Source of the DNA: Chrysomallon squamiferum
Taxonomy: Eukaryota; Animalia; Mollusca
DNA length: 64,000 nucleotides
Assembly: GCA_012295275.1 (NCBI GenBank)
Contig: CM022665.1
Coordinates: 11,284,001 to 11,348,000 of the forward strand
Direction of reading: 5' to 3'
Under the pieces are notes generated by a model. It had not been told where the DNA came from. It saw only the letters and a list, made by a program, of their open reading frames with translations, and did no database searches. The position numbers and the translations under genes are program-made. Shown here one piece after another: positions 50,480 through 64,000 of this stretch (position 1 is the first letter of the stretch; every line of letters begins with the position of its first letter).

Positions 50480-50692
50480 GGAGATCTAAAAGTAGGTGGA
50501 CACTATATGAATTAGGGTTAGGGTTATATTATTACAATGCTGTTCATTATAACTATGGTATTTGTGCTATATTATTGAAAATTTTATAACTACAGTTTAC
50601 TGTCCAGCTACTTTTGGATTAAATATAACTAATATAATTAATCTCAAAATAAATGTTATCATTTACTGTCCACCTACTTTTGGACCACCCTG
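50477..50692. mobile_element. Tc1/mariner-type MITE, 216 bp (same insertion site as 41512-41711)
   Basis: Same TIRs and TA flanks at the homologous position. Confidence 0.9.
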
Positions 50693-51183
50693 TATGTATA
50701 TATATATATATATATAAATTGTAGATAAAATTAAGGTAAGGTAGAAAGACAATCTATTCCAATAAGTATGCACAACGATTACAAATGGATAAATGGATTA
50801 CTAATAGTTAAATAGTCTCATTCACTGTCTTCAAAGTGTCAATGCGAAAAAAAAAAGAAAAAAAAAGGACAGTCTGAGAGATAATGCTTGAGGAAATCAT
50901 CTCCATGTTGAACACACAACTCAAAATAATTTGTCATCCGTTGATTATATATATTTTTCAAACCCAACAACGTTTTGCGTTTACTAAAGATTATCAATAT
51001 GTTTTTTATAAATCGACAAATAAATCCCTTTTTTTTGGTACTTTTTTTTTATACTTACATTTTACCTAGTGTTAATAAATCCCTAATAGATGTGAAATAA
51101 AAAAAATAACGTAATTTATATTAATCCACACAAAGAGGGATTCTTTCCCGATAATAATTCCCGATTTTTAGAATATAGCTCTA

Positions 51184-51230
51184 GGGGGTTTCCGAAGCGT
51201 TACTAAAAACAAATTATAACTGGGGTTTCC
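51184..51230. promoter_or_regulatory. Paired NF-kB-like sites upstream of mini-IAP C
   Basis: GGGGGTTTCC (51184-51193) and GGGGTTTCC (51222-51230); a further GGGAAAACCC at 51656. Confidence 0.55.
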
Positions 51231-51303
51231 AAAACTTATATATATATGTATGTAATACTTCCTCTCTGTGAATAATAAACGAGGTCATTAACGAAAACAT
51301 TAT

Positions 51304-51336
<33 letters not shown>

Positions 51337-52016
51337 ATGCTGTATTGAAATAGGCATAATTAATCTAGTAGATATTTTCGTTTTTTTAAATCTCAGATTA
51401 TCTTTTGACATTATTTAGTTAAGACACAGGTTACTTTATGCACATAACAGAGTTAGGAAGCAGTATTTGGAAAACAAAATAAAATGATACAGAGACTTGT
51501 GACAAAAGCAAACAGAAAAAAATATGCAACACTTTTCAAATATGCATCAGTTAACCAAATTAAAATGATCAAAAAGAAATAAAAACATACATACTTTCGT
51601 GTGCAGCCCATTCTGTCTGCTCTGTTAAAAGATTTATTTTTAAAAAAAACAGATGGGGAAAACCCTCGAAACATTGTATTGATATGGTACTTTCTAACAG
51701 TTCACATGACCTGAGATAATATATTTATTTATTTATTTATTTATTTATTTATTGTTTTCTAAAAAAAAATTGTTATGTCTGTTTATGTTCTTATGTGCTT
51801 TTAAAATAAATTTCTTTTAATAGCATTTTTAGCTGTGCTTCAGATAATGTGTATCTGACGTCAGGCTATTTTTATGCCTTGATATATCCTTCAACGAAAC
51901 GAAGAATTAGGAAGGTATTTCAGCACTGACAAGGACTGTGAAGTATATTTTCATCTATAATACAGGTAAGCTTTTAATTGCTTCTTACTGTCTTTATATA
52001 TATGTGTGTGTGTGTG

Positions 52017-52048
<32 letters not shown>

Positions 52049-53354
52049 CATACATTTATATATATATATATACACACGTACATATATATATTGATATATA
52101 TATGTATAAATACAAAAATTACAATAACATTTTTTAATATAATAACATCTATCTACACACATACATTCATACTGAAATGTTAAATATACATACACACACA
52201 CATATATAAATATATATATATACACACACAAATATATATATACGTATATATGTATAAATATATGTGTCTGTGTGTACATACATAAAAATACAAAAATAAC
52301 AATAATATAAATATACTATATATATGTATGTATGTATGTATATGTATGTGTATGTGTATGTGTGTGTATATATATACACACACACACATATACATGCATA
52401 TACATATATATATATATACGTGTATATTTATATTATTGTTATTTTTGTATTTTTATCATAATTATTATTATTACTATTATTATTACATTAAATATGACTG
52501 TTATTAACGAACATATAGAGTACATATATATCTCTACAAAAGCATTTCTTACTACCTTAGAATATCAACATAAATTAATTTGAATCTGAGGAAGAAAATT
52601 TAATACTGAAAAAAAAAAAAAAAAAAAAAAAAAAAGAAGAATAGTTAATAACAACTTATTTTCATTCTGTTAATGCAATATATATATATATCTGTCTGTG
52701 TGTCTGTCCATCTATGTATATCTGTGTCTATAATTCTCTATCTCCGTGTCTATCTATATCTATCTATACATATTTCATAATGATACATATTTCCTGTAAC
52801 ATGTACACAATTAAGGCGGAATCACACAGAAACACACAGACAAAAGAAAGTTTTAAAAGTTTTTACTATAGCCTTTACATGATGAAAAATTCAGCATTTT
52901 ACAGTTCATCTGTCATCGTTATATGGAACAATGCGTATCGAAGAGTGGAGGCACGAACCGAAAGACCTGGCTGGATCAGTACACTTAGACCGTTCTGTTT
53001 AGGCTGTCACCTCTTTCCAAACAGCGCCCCAAGATTTGTTTAACAAAGGATATGGTGCTTTCCTATCTGTCAGAAGTTCATTACCTTCTCTCCTGCCAAT
53101 CGAAAATAACGACCTTGATATCTTCAAACCAGTGACATAGCTAAGATATTGCAAATATGGCAATTGCTCCGGGCGCCACTTGAAGACGGCACCATTGAGC
53201 ATGTTCTATTAAACTTTGCAGTTATTTTGTTGTTTTATTTAATGGTAAAGTTGTGTGAAAGGTGGATACCACAGGGGCTATTTTCCGCAGACACACCTCT
53301 GCTTTAATCACCCATTTATTTATTTATGTATTCTTTGTTTTCTTTTCTTTACAG

Positions 53355-53516
53355 CTGACGATCAGGAGTTCGTCGAGAAGTCAGTTTACAAAGTTATAAA
53401 TCGGGCAGATAGATAATTTAAGCAGCAAATTTAAACAGACATGCCACCCGGAGCTGAAATAAGGTCGGATTCAATAACCAAGACGTCTTTGAAAACAGAG
53501 GAAAGACAGAAAGATG
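53355..53516 (+). pseudogene. Possible TIR-domain-like pseudo-exon
   Basis: tttacag|..|gtatac, 162 nt, phase 1-1: DDQEFVEKSVYKVINRADR*FKQQI*TDMPPGAEIRSDSI loosely matches TIR D..FV...L.....FK..I..RD..PG..I; two stops. Confidence 0.3.
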
Positions 53517-56500
53517 GTATACAATTTTCAAATAAATTTGTGTGTGTCAATTAAAGATGTATGTTTTAAGTATGCCAAGACAAAAGGAACGTTAAGTTAA
53601 AAATATAAATTATATTATAATGTTTACAAATTTTAATATTACGTGCTAGAAGCAAAAATAATAATTTAACGATTCTGTTTTTCGTAACAGATGAAACAAA
53701 GATTTAATGGTACCGAATTCACGAAGGGTTTTTTGTATCTTTATGAAAGAAAACATAATGCAACACAGTTTTTACTAAATACACAAAAGAAAGCAAAAAT
53801 AATGGTAAATAATAAACAAATTTGAAGAAGCAAATAAATGAGAGGTCGATGAAGAGCGGTTTATGAATTTTGAGTACCAGACAAAAGTAAAAATCAGTGT
53901 ATAAAAGTTACGAGTTTTAGTTTTCAGCCAAAACAAAACTGACCATGTACAGTTTTCCGGATTTCGGGAAATCTGCACCAAATCTGGAAAAACCACAGAA
54001 TGTTGAACTTACAACCATTTCCCACATTACCTTAAGGTACAATTAAGTTATACAATCATGTCAACTCTCACTCAGCCCACTTTCCATTAGCTGTTATTAT
54101 GTCTACTGAAGTTTGCTGTTTCGATCAGTTTCTGGGTTAATGTTTACATTCAGTATTTCCCAGACTTTTCCATTTTCCGATTGGTCCGTGAAATCGAGGG
54201 GTCAACAGTGCATTATGTGTTAAATTGCTGGGAGTATGAAATATTAATTTATTAGACGTAGCAATACATCATGTATAATTCATTTTTCAGCATTCACTTC
54301 GAAAAAAAATCGTAGTCACAGTAAAAAGCCAACGTCATGTTTGTTTTGTACGAAGAATGATTCATGTATCGTTTTTTTGCCATGCGGCCATCACCCTCTC
54401 TGCACTGAGTGTGCAAATGTACAGTCAGAATGCCCGATCTGTCATTCTGTTATCCTTGGAACCATTCAAATGTCAAGGTAGATTTCCAATACAGAATTTA
54501 AAAAAAATAATAATATTGATGTTATTGTTGTACTTGTTCATCTTCCATTTATTTTATTGTTGTCATTGTTGTTGTTATAATTCTTCTTCTTCTTCTTCTT
54601 CTTCTTCTTATTATTATTATTATTATTATTATTATCATCATCATCATCATCATCATCGTCATAATTATCATAACTCTTTTTACATAGTTTAGAACGAAAC
54701 AAAAGACTCATTTGGTACTTTTTCTTATTTCAGGAAATGGTGAATGAAATACATCATGAACATGAGACACGATATGGACATTACTGAGATAAAAATGTAA
54801 AACAACACTTCTGTCTCTGTTTGAAATGAAACGAAATAAAAATATTCTGCATTTTTTTTTTTTTATTATTTGTTGTTTTTGTATGTGTGCGTGAGTATGT
54901 GTGTGTGTGTGTGGTTTTTTTTTTTTGGGGGGTTCTATTATATTAAAAATAATTGTTTCTCTACTGCGAAATGTTACGGCCAGCAATCATTTCAAAAGTG
55001 ATGAGCAGTAATTAAAGATGATGACCCTTCCAACCAGTACCACGATATATGGTTTATGTCTGGATTTTGCATATAAAATACTTCAAATTGAATATTCGTT
55101 CATTCACAGTGCATTTTATATAATTATAATACTTTCTATTATCCAGTAGGATCTAAATTATAAAATTAAATAGTTAAAATAACTTACAAAATAATTGTTA
55201 GAGCATATCTGTGTTTATATTATTACGTGTGTGTGTGTACGCATGTGCGTGTTAGAAATGTTAGAAACACCATCTGAAAAAAAATATTTTGAACCAACAC
55301 TATTGCGAAGCTTAACCTTTGAACTCTCCTCCCCACAAACAATATATGAAGGTATATAATAATGTTCTTTGTAATTATCTAAGCATTAGCCATGGCAAAT
55401 TATAAAAAATAAAAATAATAAAAAACATTAATATGTCGTTCAGTCTCGAAATTACATAATTTGTACTTGAGAAAGAAAACAACGTTGGTCACAGGAATAA
55501 CTGGGTGCAGAAACATCCATCATATTCCTATAAGACAAGAAAAATGTTTACTAGTCTTTGTCATTCAACATCTTTAGCACAAAAGGTGGTTTTACTGATT
55601 ACCATTAGACGACAGATACACAATCATGATATTTTACCCATATTTCTTCAGTACTTACTCTTTGTTCCTGAGCTATTTTCAAGAAAAATGTATTCCAGTT
55701 CATGAGGCAATGTCCTCAGAAATAAAGATGTGCATTCAGTTTATCCTGCTGTTCTGAAACAATATTATCTGCATGTCGTAGAAAAAAGAAAAAGCTAATT
55801 TATAACTTCTCAAGCCATTTAACCTTCACTCCAGAGGCAAATATTTAATTGTACAATTTAAAGATTTCAGACAATTTTGAAATGTAATATGTCCTTTTGA
55901 TGTAACGTCAGTTACGCACTTATTTGTGATTACCTATTAAGTCATACACATAACCCTGAGCTCTTTTTTATGTGACGCCAAATATTAATAGATTTGGACA
56001 TAGGCAAGTTTCTTACTCATGGCCAAGTTCCTGGGTGTAGAGCAGCTGGAATAAGTTCTAATCCATTTGAATATAACGTCAGCATCTATTTTTAAAGTAC
56101 TTTTAGTAATACTAAGTAAGAAACGTCGTCTGCATGCTTTGAAGTTATTTTTATATTTGTGCTTTTTACTGATGTCGTTGGTATATGATGGTATATGTAA
56201 ATACTATTATAGTCTATATTTTTTATTGTTATTTTTGTACTTTGATCATAATAATAATAAGTACCGCTCTTACTATTATTATGATTATTATTATATACCT
56301 TAGAATATCAACATAAATTAATTTTAATCTGAGGACGAAAATTTAATAGTGAAAAAAACAAATCTCTCTATCTATACATATTTTTTAAAATTTTCATGAA
56401 TTACACATATTTCCTGTAACATGTTCACAATTAAGGAGGATTCACACAGAAACACCCAGATAAAAGAAAGTTTTAAAAGTTTTTACTATAGCCTTTACAT

Positions 56501-59206
56501 GATGAAAAATTCAGCATTTTACAGTTCATCTGCCATCGTTATAGGGAACAATGCGTATCGAAGAGCAACAATGCAGGAACGAGGCAAAAGACCTGGCTGG
56601 ATAGATACATTATTCAGTTTAAAATGTTTCCATGATATTGTGCTATAATAAAATATATTTTATTATGATAATAGAAATATTTAAATAAAAACTAATAATA
56701 TATTTAGAATATATTTAAAATTTTACCGACCAGTTATATACATATACATAATGGAAATTAAAATTTATTATTCTGAGTAAACATACCATTTTTTTTTTTT
56801 TTTAGATTCAAGCACTAATGTTTGCTGTGCATTTTGAATTATCAGACAGTTTATTATTAATATAGGAATATTTTCGCCGCATTTCTTATTTAACCCTACA
56901 CCTAACTAGGTAATGTTTTTACACCTATCTAGCTAAGGTTTTTATGTTAATGGAAAGTTTTGTTTCGACCATTTCATTACAGGCCCATTTTGTAACAGAA
57001 ACACTCCTTTTTAATTCATATATTTTTCGAATTGATCTCTTTTATAATTTAAGTTTTGGTTTCAATATTTTCGAAAATGAAAATGGAACAAATTAATTTC
57101 ATTTCAAGATCTTGAGGAGGCAAAAAACTTGTAACACTATGTTTAGTGACAAAATGGATTGGTAACGAAATGTACCTGTAATTAAATGTTCTGTAGTGCC
57201 CATTAATAATAAATGATTTATTTTGTTTAATTAACATTTTATTGATATTTTGTGTTTATTTTCTTGTTTCATTATATGACATCTTAACTGAAGTACGGTT
57301 TATGTGTGATGGAACCTCATTAGTGCTTCTTTGCCAGACTTGTAATTTTGTTTTCTATGTACTGAATTACATAATATTCACAAAACCCTTATTTTTATTT
57401 GCCCATTTAAAGCAGAATGTCTGCTACATTTTATCTTTCTTATTATTTTACGGTAATATTTATTTAGCTATCTTGTATAATCATTTTTATAATTTATATT
57501 TTTACAGTTCTTAAATGTTTACCTAATTAATGCTTGAGACACGTAGGCTAAGGATCACTTAGGCAATGAATTATGTTTATATATAACACATATGTTAAGT
57601 GATTGAAGATAGCTAAACCTATTACGTGCTACGTACTTACGCTTAAAAAACTGAGATAACATATGTTAATAGTTAAAAGATTAGTTACAAAGTTAAAGTA
57701 ACCAAATGGGCTTAATTAGTTTAATATTATCTATTAACACTATTTGCTTTTATAGTGTATCATCGAATCGTATGATTTAACTATATGTTACCCTTGAGGG
57801 TTAATTTATGTAAAATATATATATATATAACAATTATCCATACTGAATTCGTGTCTGTGCTATTGGTCTCTAGTGCGATACAGAAAAGTCATTTAGTGGT
57901 TTAAGCTGTCTCGGATAATTAACACTTTGTCACGTGACGCTATTATAGTCTGCTACCCTTTAGACGGGAGCTCTTGAAATGTTCCATTTATCATAAAACA
58001 CAAACAAACAAAAAAACACACAGAGACACAGACCAGAGAGAAAAGAAAAGAAAAAGACAGAGAGAGATTCAAATCAAATGCTGATAAAATGAAAAACAGA
58101 TTTAAAGAATGAATTATATCATGATCATACTTTTGCTAAAAATAACAAAGCCTGGATGACTTTCTATTATTTTTAATTATTCCCGTCACCAGTTGAATAT
58201 ACACATATATATCACTAAACTAACCTATTCTAAAAATATTAATGTTATTAAAATAGCTGGTTTAAGAAACTTATCGTCAACAAACAATAACAAGAAGTCT
58301 AAAGCATATTTACATTTTGAAAAAAGAAAAAAGTTAGCGTGGATGAATCTTAAATAGAACAGAAATATGAAATAATAAAAATAACAGATTTTGTTTCTTT
58401 TTCTGCAGTTTTTCAGTTAAGTGTAAGTTCATAGTATAAAATCTTTGTTGTACAAACTGTATAATAAAAATAAATTGAGATATTTCTCTGAAACTGTTTC
58501 ACTATATATCAAGGAACAATTAACATTCAAGATGGATTAAAATTCCTATGTACTCACAAAAATACGAAATGTCTCTTCAGTTATAAACACATATTGTTCT
58601 TACAGTTTACCAGACAAAAAAAAAAAAAATCAAAAATCAGAAACAAATCGTGAAATAAATTATTTGTTTTTGGATTGAGTTGCTTATCTACCTACCTAAA
58701 TTATAATACTTACGGAAGCACTTAATCAGCTTAGAATAATCCATTCTTGATGATTCATTTCACTCACCTATCTGTATATATATTTAAAAATAATTAAGAT
58801 TACAAAAAACATTCCACGTTGCGTTAAAAGTGTTGAAACGTGAATTAACAGGATGAAATTAACAAATGATAACTGTGACATGCAGAGACACACACGCCCT
58901 GACTTGCATACGATGTCTATGTCCGTGTGTGAATTCTTACATAAGTCAATACATAACAATACATGCTGAAGAATACCTCATACAGCACTATGTCACAAAG
59001 ACATGATACTGTTAATTGTTTAAAACATTTTTAAAATAATAATAATAAGCCAGGGAATCGCTATATGCATGTCAATACACAGATTTGTGCAAAAAGAAAG
59101 ACTCTAAGCAAAATATATTCTATACTTCACTCAACAATTACAAAGCAAGTCTTCCAGTTCCAAGTATATGTATTTCTGTTCAGGAATAAAATAATAATAA
59201 TAATAA

Positions 59207-59241
<35 letters not shown>

Positions 59242-59243
59242 AT

Positions 59244-59282
<39 letters not shown>

Positions 59283-61265
59283 CAAAAAAAAAAAGAAAAA
59301 TAATAATAATAAATACAAAAATTAATATCATTTTTACTCAGTAACATTTTCTGTTTATTGTTCATATTCCATTCAATATTCATCCACTGACAAAAGTAAG
59401 GGTTGTAACATGCGAATAACATAAATTTATCATGTACATATATATGTACAGCAGTTATTCCAACTGACACAAACGGATCACCATTCCTCCATGATTCTGA
59501 TAATTTTAGATTAGGACTCAAAGTGTAATACAAAAATAAACAGTCTAAATGTATTTCTGCTAGTTAGGGAAATGACATTTTCGTTCTTTTCTCAACAGAC
59601 TAAGGACAGTACTATTTTGTATTTATTTACTTAGTGTGTTTATATGTACGACAGTGAGAAAGTATCCGAAACATGGGTGACTGTTCACTTATTTCTCATT
59701 AAATTCTTAAATCTCACCAGACTGTGACTATGTGTCTCTGTTGAGGCCCAATACGCTGTTTAAATAGGGTTAATAAAAACATATTTGGTCGGAAATGACC
59801 TCAGAGATACCGACGCTAGGTCAAGGTAACTGATTCTACCAGATTAATTTCTCTTGGTAAAGAAAATTAACCCTTTTAGCGTCATAACCATTTTTAACTT
59901 TTGTTATGGTTTCAGGACCAAGATCAACAGCAAACATACATACATCGTCTCAGGTACGAGGTGCTTTGTATGAAAAAGTACAGTTTCAGCCTTCCGAAAA
60001 TTCCTTTTATATCTGCTTCATCTACACAGTAAATTAAATAAAACCGCCGTTATAATTAAGTAACGGTAAAAATAAATAACAAATAAGAAATAAAAAATTG
60101 TTTTGGTTAACATTTTCCCCTAACGACCCGTTTGTGTCTTTGGAATACCGCGACACTTACAACTTGCTTTTATATTATTGAATGGGACAGAAAGGTACAT
60201 GGTGTTAGATTCTTGGAATTACCCATATAATTACAAAACAAATTAGTTCAGTACAGTAATAATAATATTAATAATAAAGCTAATATAGCCATCGCACCAT
60301 TTATCCGGTTTCCAAAAAGATGAAAAAACAATTTAAAAAAAAGAACGGATTTACAACTTAAACGGCTTTAGGAGTCTATCAGGTATGTTGAATGTATTAA
60401 ATAAAGTTTCCCTCATTACTTTTCATTTGTTTTACATATTACATTATATATATATAACAAAATAAGAATATCATAATATATATAAATATATAACAAAAAA
60501 ACAACAACCCCAAAACATAGATAGCCGGATAAATGATCTGGTGCCTCTAGTTCAAAAGTTAAAGTTATACAAAATATTGTTGAGGAACTAAATTAAGCAA
60601 AAACACGAAAACCAGTTACCAACAGCATGCAACTGAAATGTAAATATAGAATATTTTAACTAGTGACCAATCGAAATACACGCGATATCATTTTAATAGG
60701 TTGAATTTGTTAACTGTGAGTAATATTGAAATTAAAAGTAATACAAAATCTTTATAATAATTTATAAGTAACAAAAAATTATAATAATAATAATATAAGT
60801 ACTTTTGAATTTAGAAGTAATAGGATATCATAATAATATCATTAATACCAAATTTATAAGTAACAGTAAATTATAGTATTAACATTACTAATATCAAATC
60901 TTAAGTAACAGGAAATATTAATATTAATAGCACTAATCTCAAATTTATAATATTAATAATACCTAATATCAGATTTAGAAATAAGATTACTATAAGAAAG
61001 TCGTAATAATATATGTGACACAGAATTTAGAAGTAATAGAATACCATAGGAATAATAATAATAATGATGACGATCATAATAATAATAATAAGAAGAAGAA
61101 GAAGAAGAAGAAGAATATAATCATCAAATTTATAATTTAACAAGAAATTACTTATACCGAATTTACAAATCACAGGATATCTTAATATAGATGAACTTTA
61201 AATGGGTAGCTGAATGATATTACTTACAAAACGTTCATTTAGGGATGAATTGTAAGCGCCATATT

Positions 61266-62984
61266 TTATTCACATCCAGAACAAGACGGGTATCTGTGGT
61301 AATGTGATGAACCGTTCTGTAAATGCAATAATTATCTTGAAAAATCTACTGTTTGTATTTCTAAGTGTGTATGTACATGTTTGCATAGTAATCTCAAATT
61401 CAAGATAAAATATCATGCAGTGATATAAGATTCAGAAGCCAAAAGGTGTAGGGTATATTATCAACATGTGATCAGCCTCGGCCAGATTATTATTCATAAT
61501 GAAACCTGCGGGTTGGTAACTAATATTTTTTTGGTTTTAATCATATTTAACATAACAAGAATAAGCAACTACTGGACAGTGTATTTGAAGACTTTAGTTC
61601 AAAAACGCGATAAACGCCAAAATCCAAAATTTAAAAAAAACAAACGGCACCATTAGTTCAGCATTTGATTGCTGTTCAACGCATCATAATCATTTTCCCC
61701 AAAATTCTATACCCGCCGCTGATCTTCGCAGTAGACTGTAGACCTTCGTTTCATAACGTTATAAAGTCCACAGCAGAAATAGTCATTTTTCTCAAAACAA
61801 AGAAAATGGATTTATAGCGTATTGGAACAAAACTCTTCATTTCAAATAACCATTGGGTAGTATATTTAACATCCAATATCAAATACCTCTGTAGAGCATA
61901 TTTAATATACAATTTCAAACAACCAGTGAATAGTGTACTTAATATACAGTATACCACAACCACTGGATAACATATTGGACATAATTATTCTTAGACCATA
62001 TGTTCTGTATAGAAAGAAGAAAGAAGAAAAAGCTTGGTACATTCTGCTGACTGTAGTAATGATCAATTTAATATATTTTTTTTATATCCCCAAATCGTGA
62101 AAACCTATAATGAACCAGCAGCTAAATATCCCAGTGCCTACAATCGTATACACGTCATTGTTTTTTGTTTTTTTTCTCAGCTGTAGCAGTTTTAAGTTAT
62201 AAAATATAACAACAATAATAAATATAAATAATACCAAATTTATAAATAACAGAAAATATTAATATTAATAATATCCCTAATACCTGATATAGAAATGATT
62301 TTCGAAACCTAACAATTTTTCCCTTCTTTCTTTATTTCTTTCTTTATTTATTTTACCTTTCTCTCCATTGAGAATTTTTTCCACAGTTTTAGATGCTGAC
62401 AGTTTGGGAACAATTCTCTGTGACGTTCCCAGGGATCATCTTCCTTGGTCCAGTTGCCGACACAGTTATTACATGAGTAACACCGCAGCAGATGAGAGCT
62501 TCCTGCAAAACATTAAATTTCTTGTTTAACTCGATATGCAGTACGAATGTTTGGAATTGTCTCTCACACACACACGCACACACGCACAAACACACACACA
62601 CACATAATACAAAAACATTTGTATCTTGTAATTAATAAACGTTCATAGAAAAACATCTTAAATGAGTGTTCATTCATTTGTAATTTTATTTTGCTTACCT
62701 ATGTAAAAGAAGCCGGCTTCCGCACAATTTGCAGGAAAGGTGGTAGTTTTCAAGTCAAGAAAAGAATCCCTTCGTTTCTGTAGATAATTCATTCTTTCAC
62801 CTTGCCACTGATTACTCTCAGAATTGCAGCAAAGCTGAAGTTTCTCCTGCATTGTAATACGAAAGTGGTCCTTTGCAATAACAGCCGATATGTCTTGAAT
62901 TATTAAAGCTCGGGGTATTGTAGGAATGTCCTCCTCTGTCAGAGATGGTAAGTAGTTCATGTTTCTGAAAACAGACAATGCCAT
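61266..62984 (-). CDS. Single-BIR mini-IAP copy D, intact, ~160 aa; exons 62984-62699, 62502-62357, 61316-61266 (last exon tentative; extra in-frame ATG at 63002)
   Basis: Same structure as copy C with a 2-aa insertion (HF); exon 2 SSHLLRCYSCNNCVGNWTKEDDPWERHRELFPNCQHL; no stops; intron 1 shortened to 196 bp. Confidence 0.85.
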
Positions 62985-63042
62985 TTTGTTTTGTTTTCCC
63001 ATAAATTAAAAATATTTTGGATCGTTTTGCATGATATAAACA

Positions 63043-63081
<39 letters not shown>

Positions 63082-63563
63082 GTATATATATATATATACA
63101 TTGTAGATCAAATTAATGTAAGGTAGAAAGACGATCTATTCCAATAAGTATGCACAACGATTACGAATGGATAAATGGATTACTAATAGTTAAATAGTCT
63201 CATTCAGTGTCTTCAAAGTGTCAATGCGAAAAAAAAAGAAAAAAAAAAGAAAAGAAACAAGGACAGTCTGAGAGATAATGCTTGATGAAATAATCTCCAT
63301 GTTGAATACACAACTCAAAATAATTTGTCATCAGTTGATTATATATATTTTGCGTTTACTAAAGATTATCAATATGTTTTTTATAAATCGATAAAAAATT
63401 CCATTTTTTATTTTGTACTTTTTTTTATATATACTTAAATTTTTCGTAGTGTTAATAAATCCCTAATAAATATAAAAAGAAAAAAATAATGTAATTTATA
63501 TTAATCCAAAGAAACAGGGATTCTTTCCCGATAATAATTCCCGATTTTTAGAATATAGCTCCA

Positions 63564-63610
63564 GGGGTTTTCCGAAGCGTTACTAAAAACAAATTATAAC
63601 TGGGATTTCC
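63564..63610. promoter_or_regulatory. Paired NF-kB-like sites upstream of mini-IAP D
   Basis: GGGGTTTTCC (63564-63573) and GGGATTTCC (63602-63610). Confidence 0.55.
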
Positions 63611-64000
63611 AAAACTTATATATATATGTAATACTTCCTCTCTGTGAATAATAAACGAGGTCATCAACGAAAACATTGTTTCAGTAAATAAATAAAAAAT
63701 ATGCTGTATTGAAATAGGCATAATTAATCTAGTAGATAATTTCATTTTTTCTATTTGTTTTCATTTCTTTCATTTTTTTAAATCTCAGATTATCTTTTCA
63801 CATTTGTTGGTTAAGACACAGGTAGCTTTATGCACATAACAGAGTTAGGAAGCAGTATTTGGAAATAAAATAAAATGATACAGAGACTGGTGACAAAAAC
63901 AAACAGAAAAAAATATGCAACACGTTTCAAATATACATCTACTGACCAAATTAATATAATTAAAATGAAATGAAAACATACATACATGCGTGTACAACCC

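Larger units (their letters stand above)
47663..60636. repeat. Tandem segmental duplication unit 2 (~13 kb, with ~3.2 kb extra sequence at 52980-56180)
   Basis: Colinear with unit 1; block 52550-52978 recurs at 56300-56602. Confidence 0.9.
60637..64000. repeat. Tandem segmental duplication unit 3 (runs off the window)
   Basis: Colinear with 39070-42630 and 47663-51610. Confidence 0.9.

Overview
AT-rich, microsatellite-laden, intron-containing animal DNA, most likely a mollusc (gastropod-like): it carries a molluscan-type insulin-related peptide exon and fragments resembling a gastropod SINE. All gene models were assembled by eye from GT/AG sites and reading-frame continuity; family calls come from motif recognition, not database searches. 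Contents: (1) the signal-peptide/B-chain exon of an insulin-related peptide gene at the left edge (minus strand). (2) A 10-coding-exon IAP/BIRC gene (26919-33549, +; 731 aa as modelled; 2 BIR + UBA-like + RING). Its N-terminus includes an in-frame, phase 0-0 exon (27983-28144) closely resembling the second R-x4-H HEPN-like segment of ERMARD/C6orf70, suggesting exon capture into an IAP. (3) Four small single-BIR 'mini-IAP' genes on the minus strand with a shared unrecognised N-terminal motif: two intact (48.3-50.3 kb, 61.3-63.0 kb) and two disabled (22-23.5 kb, 39.7-41.4 kb). Three sit in recent 8.6-13 kb tandem duplications with paired NF-kB-like sites upstream. (4) A fold-back rearrangement at 32.5-47.5 kb that includes an inverted copy of the IAP 3' end missing the RING exon. 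(5) hAT and Tc1/mariner MITEs, minisatellites, an orphan copy of the mini-IAP upstream region, and a possible TIR-like pseudo-exon. Most ORF-track entries are microsatellite artefacts.
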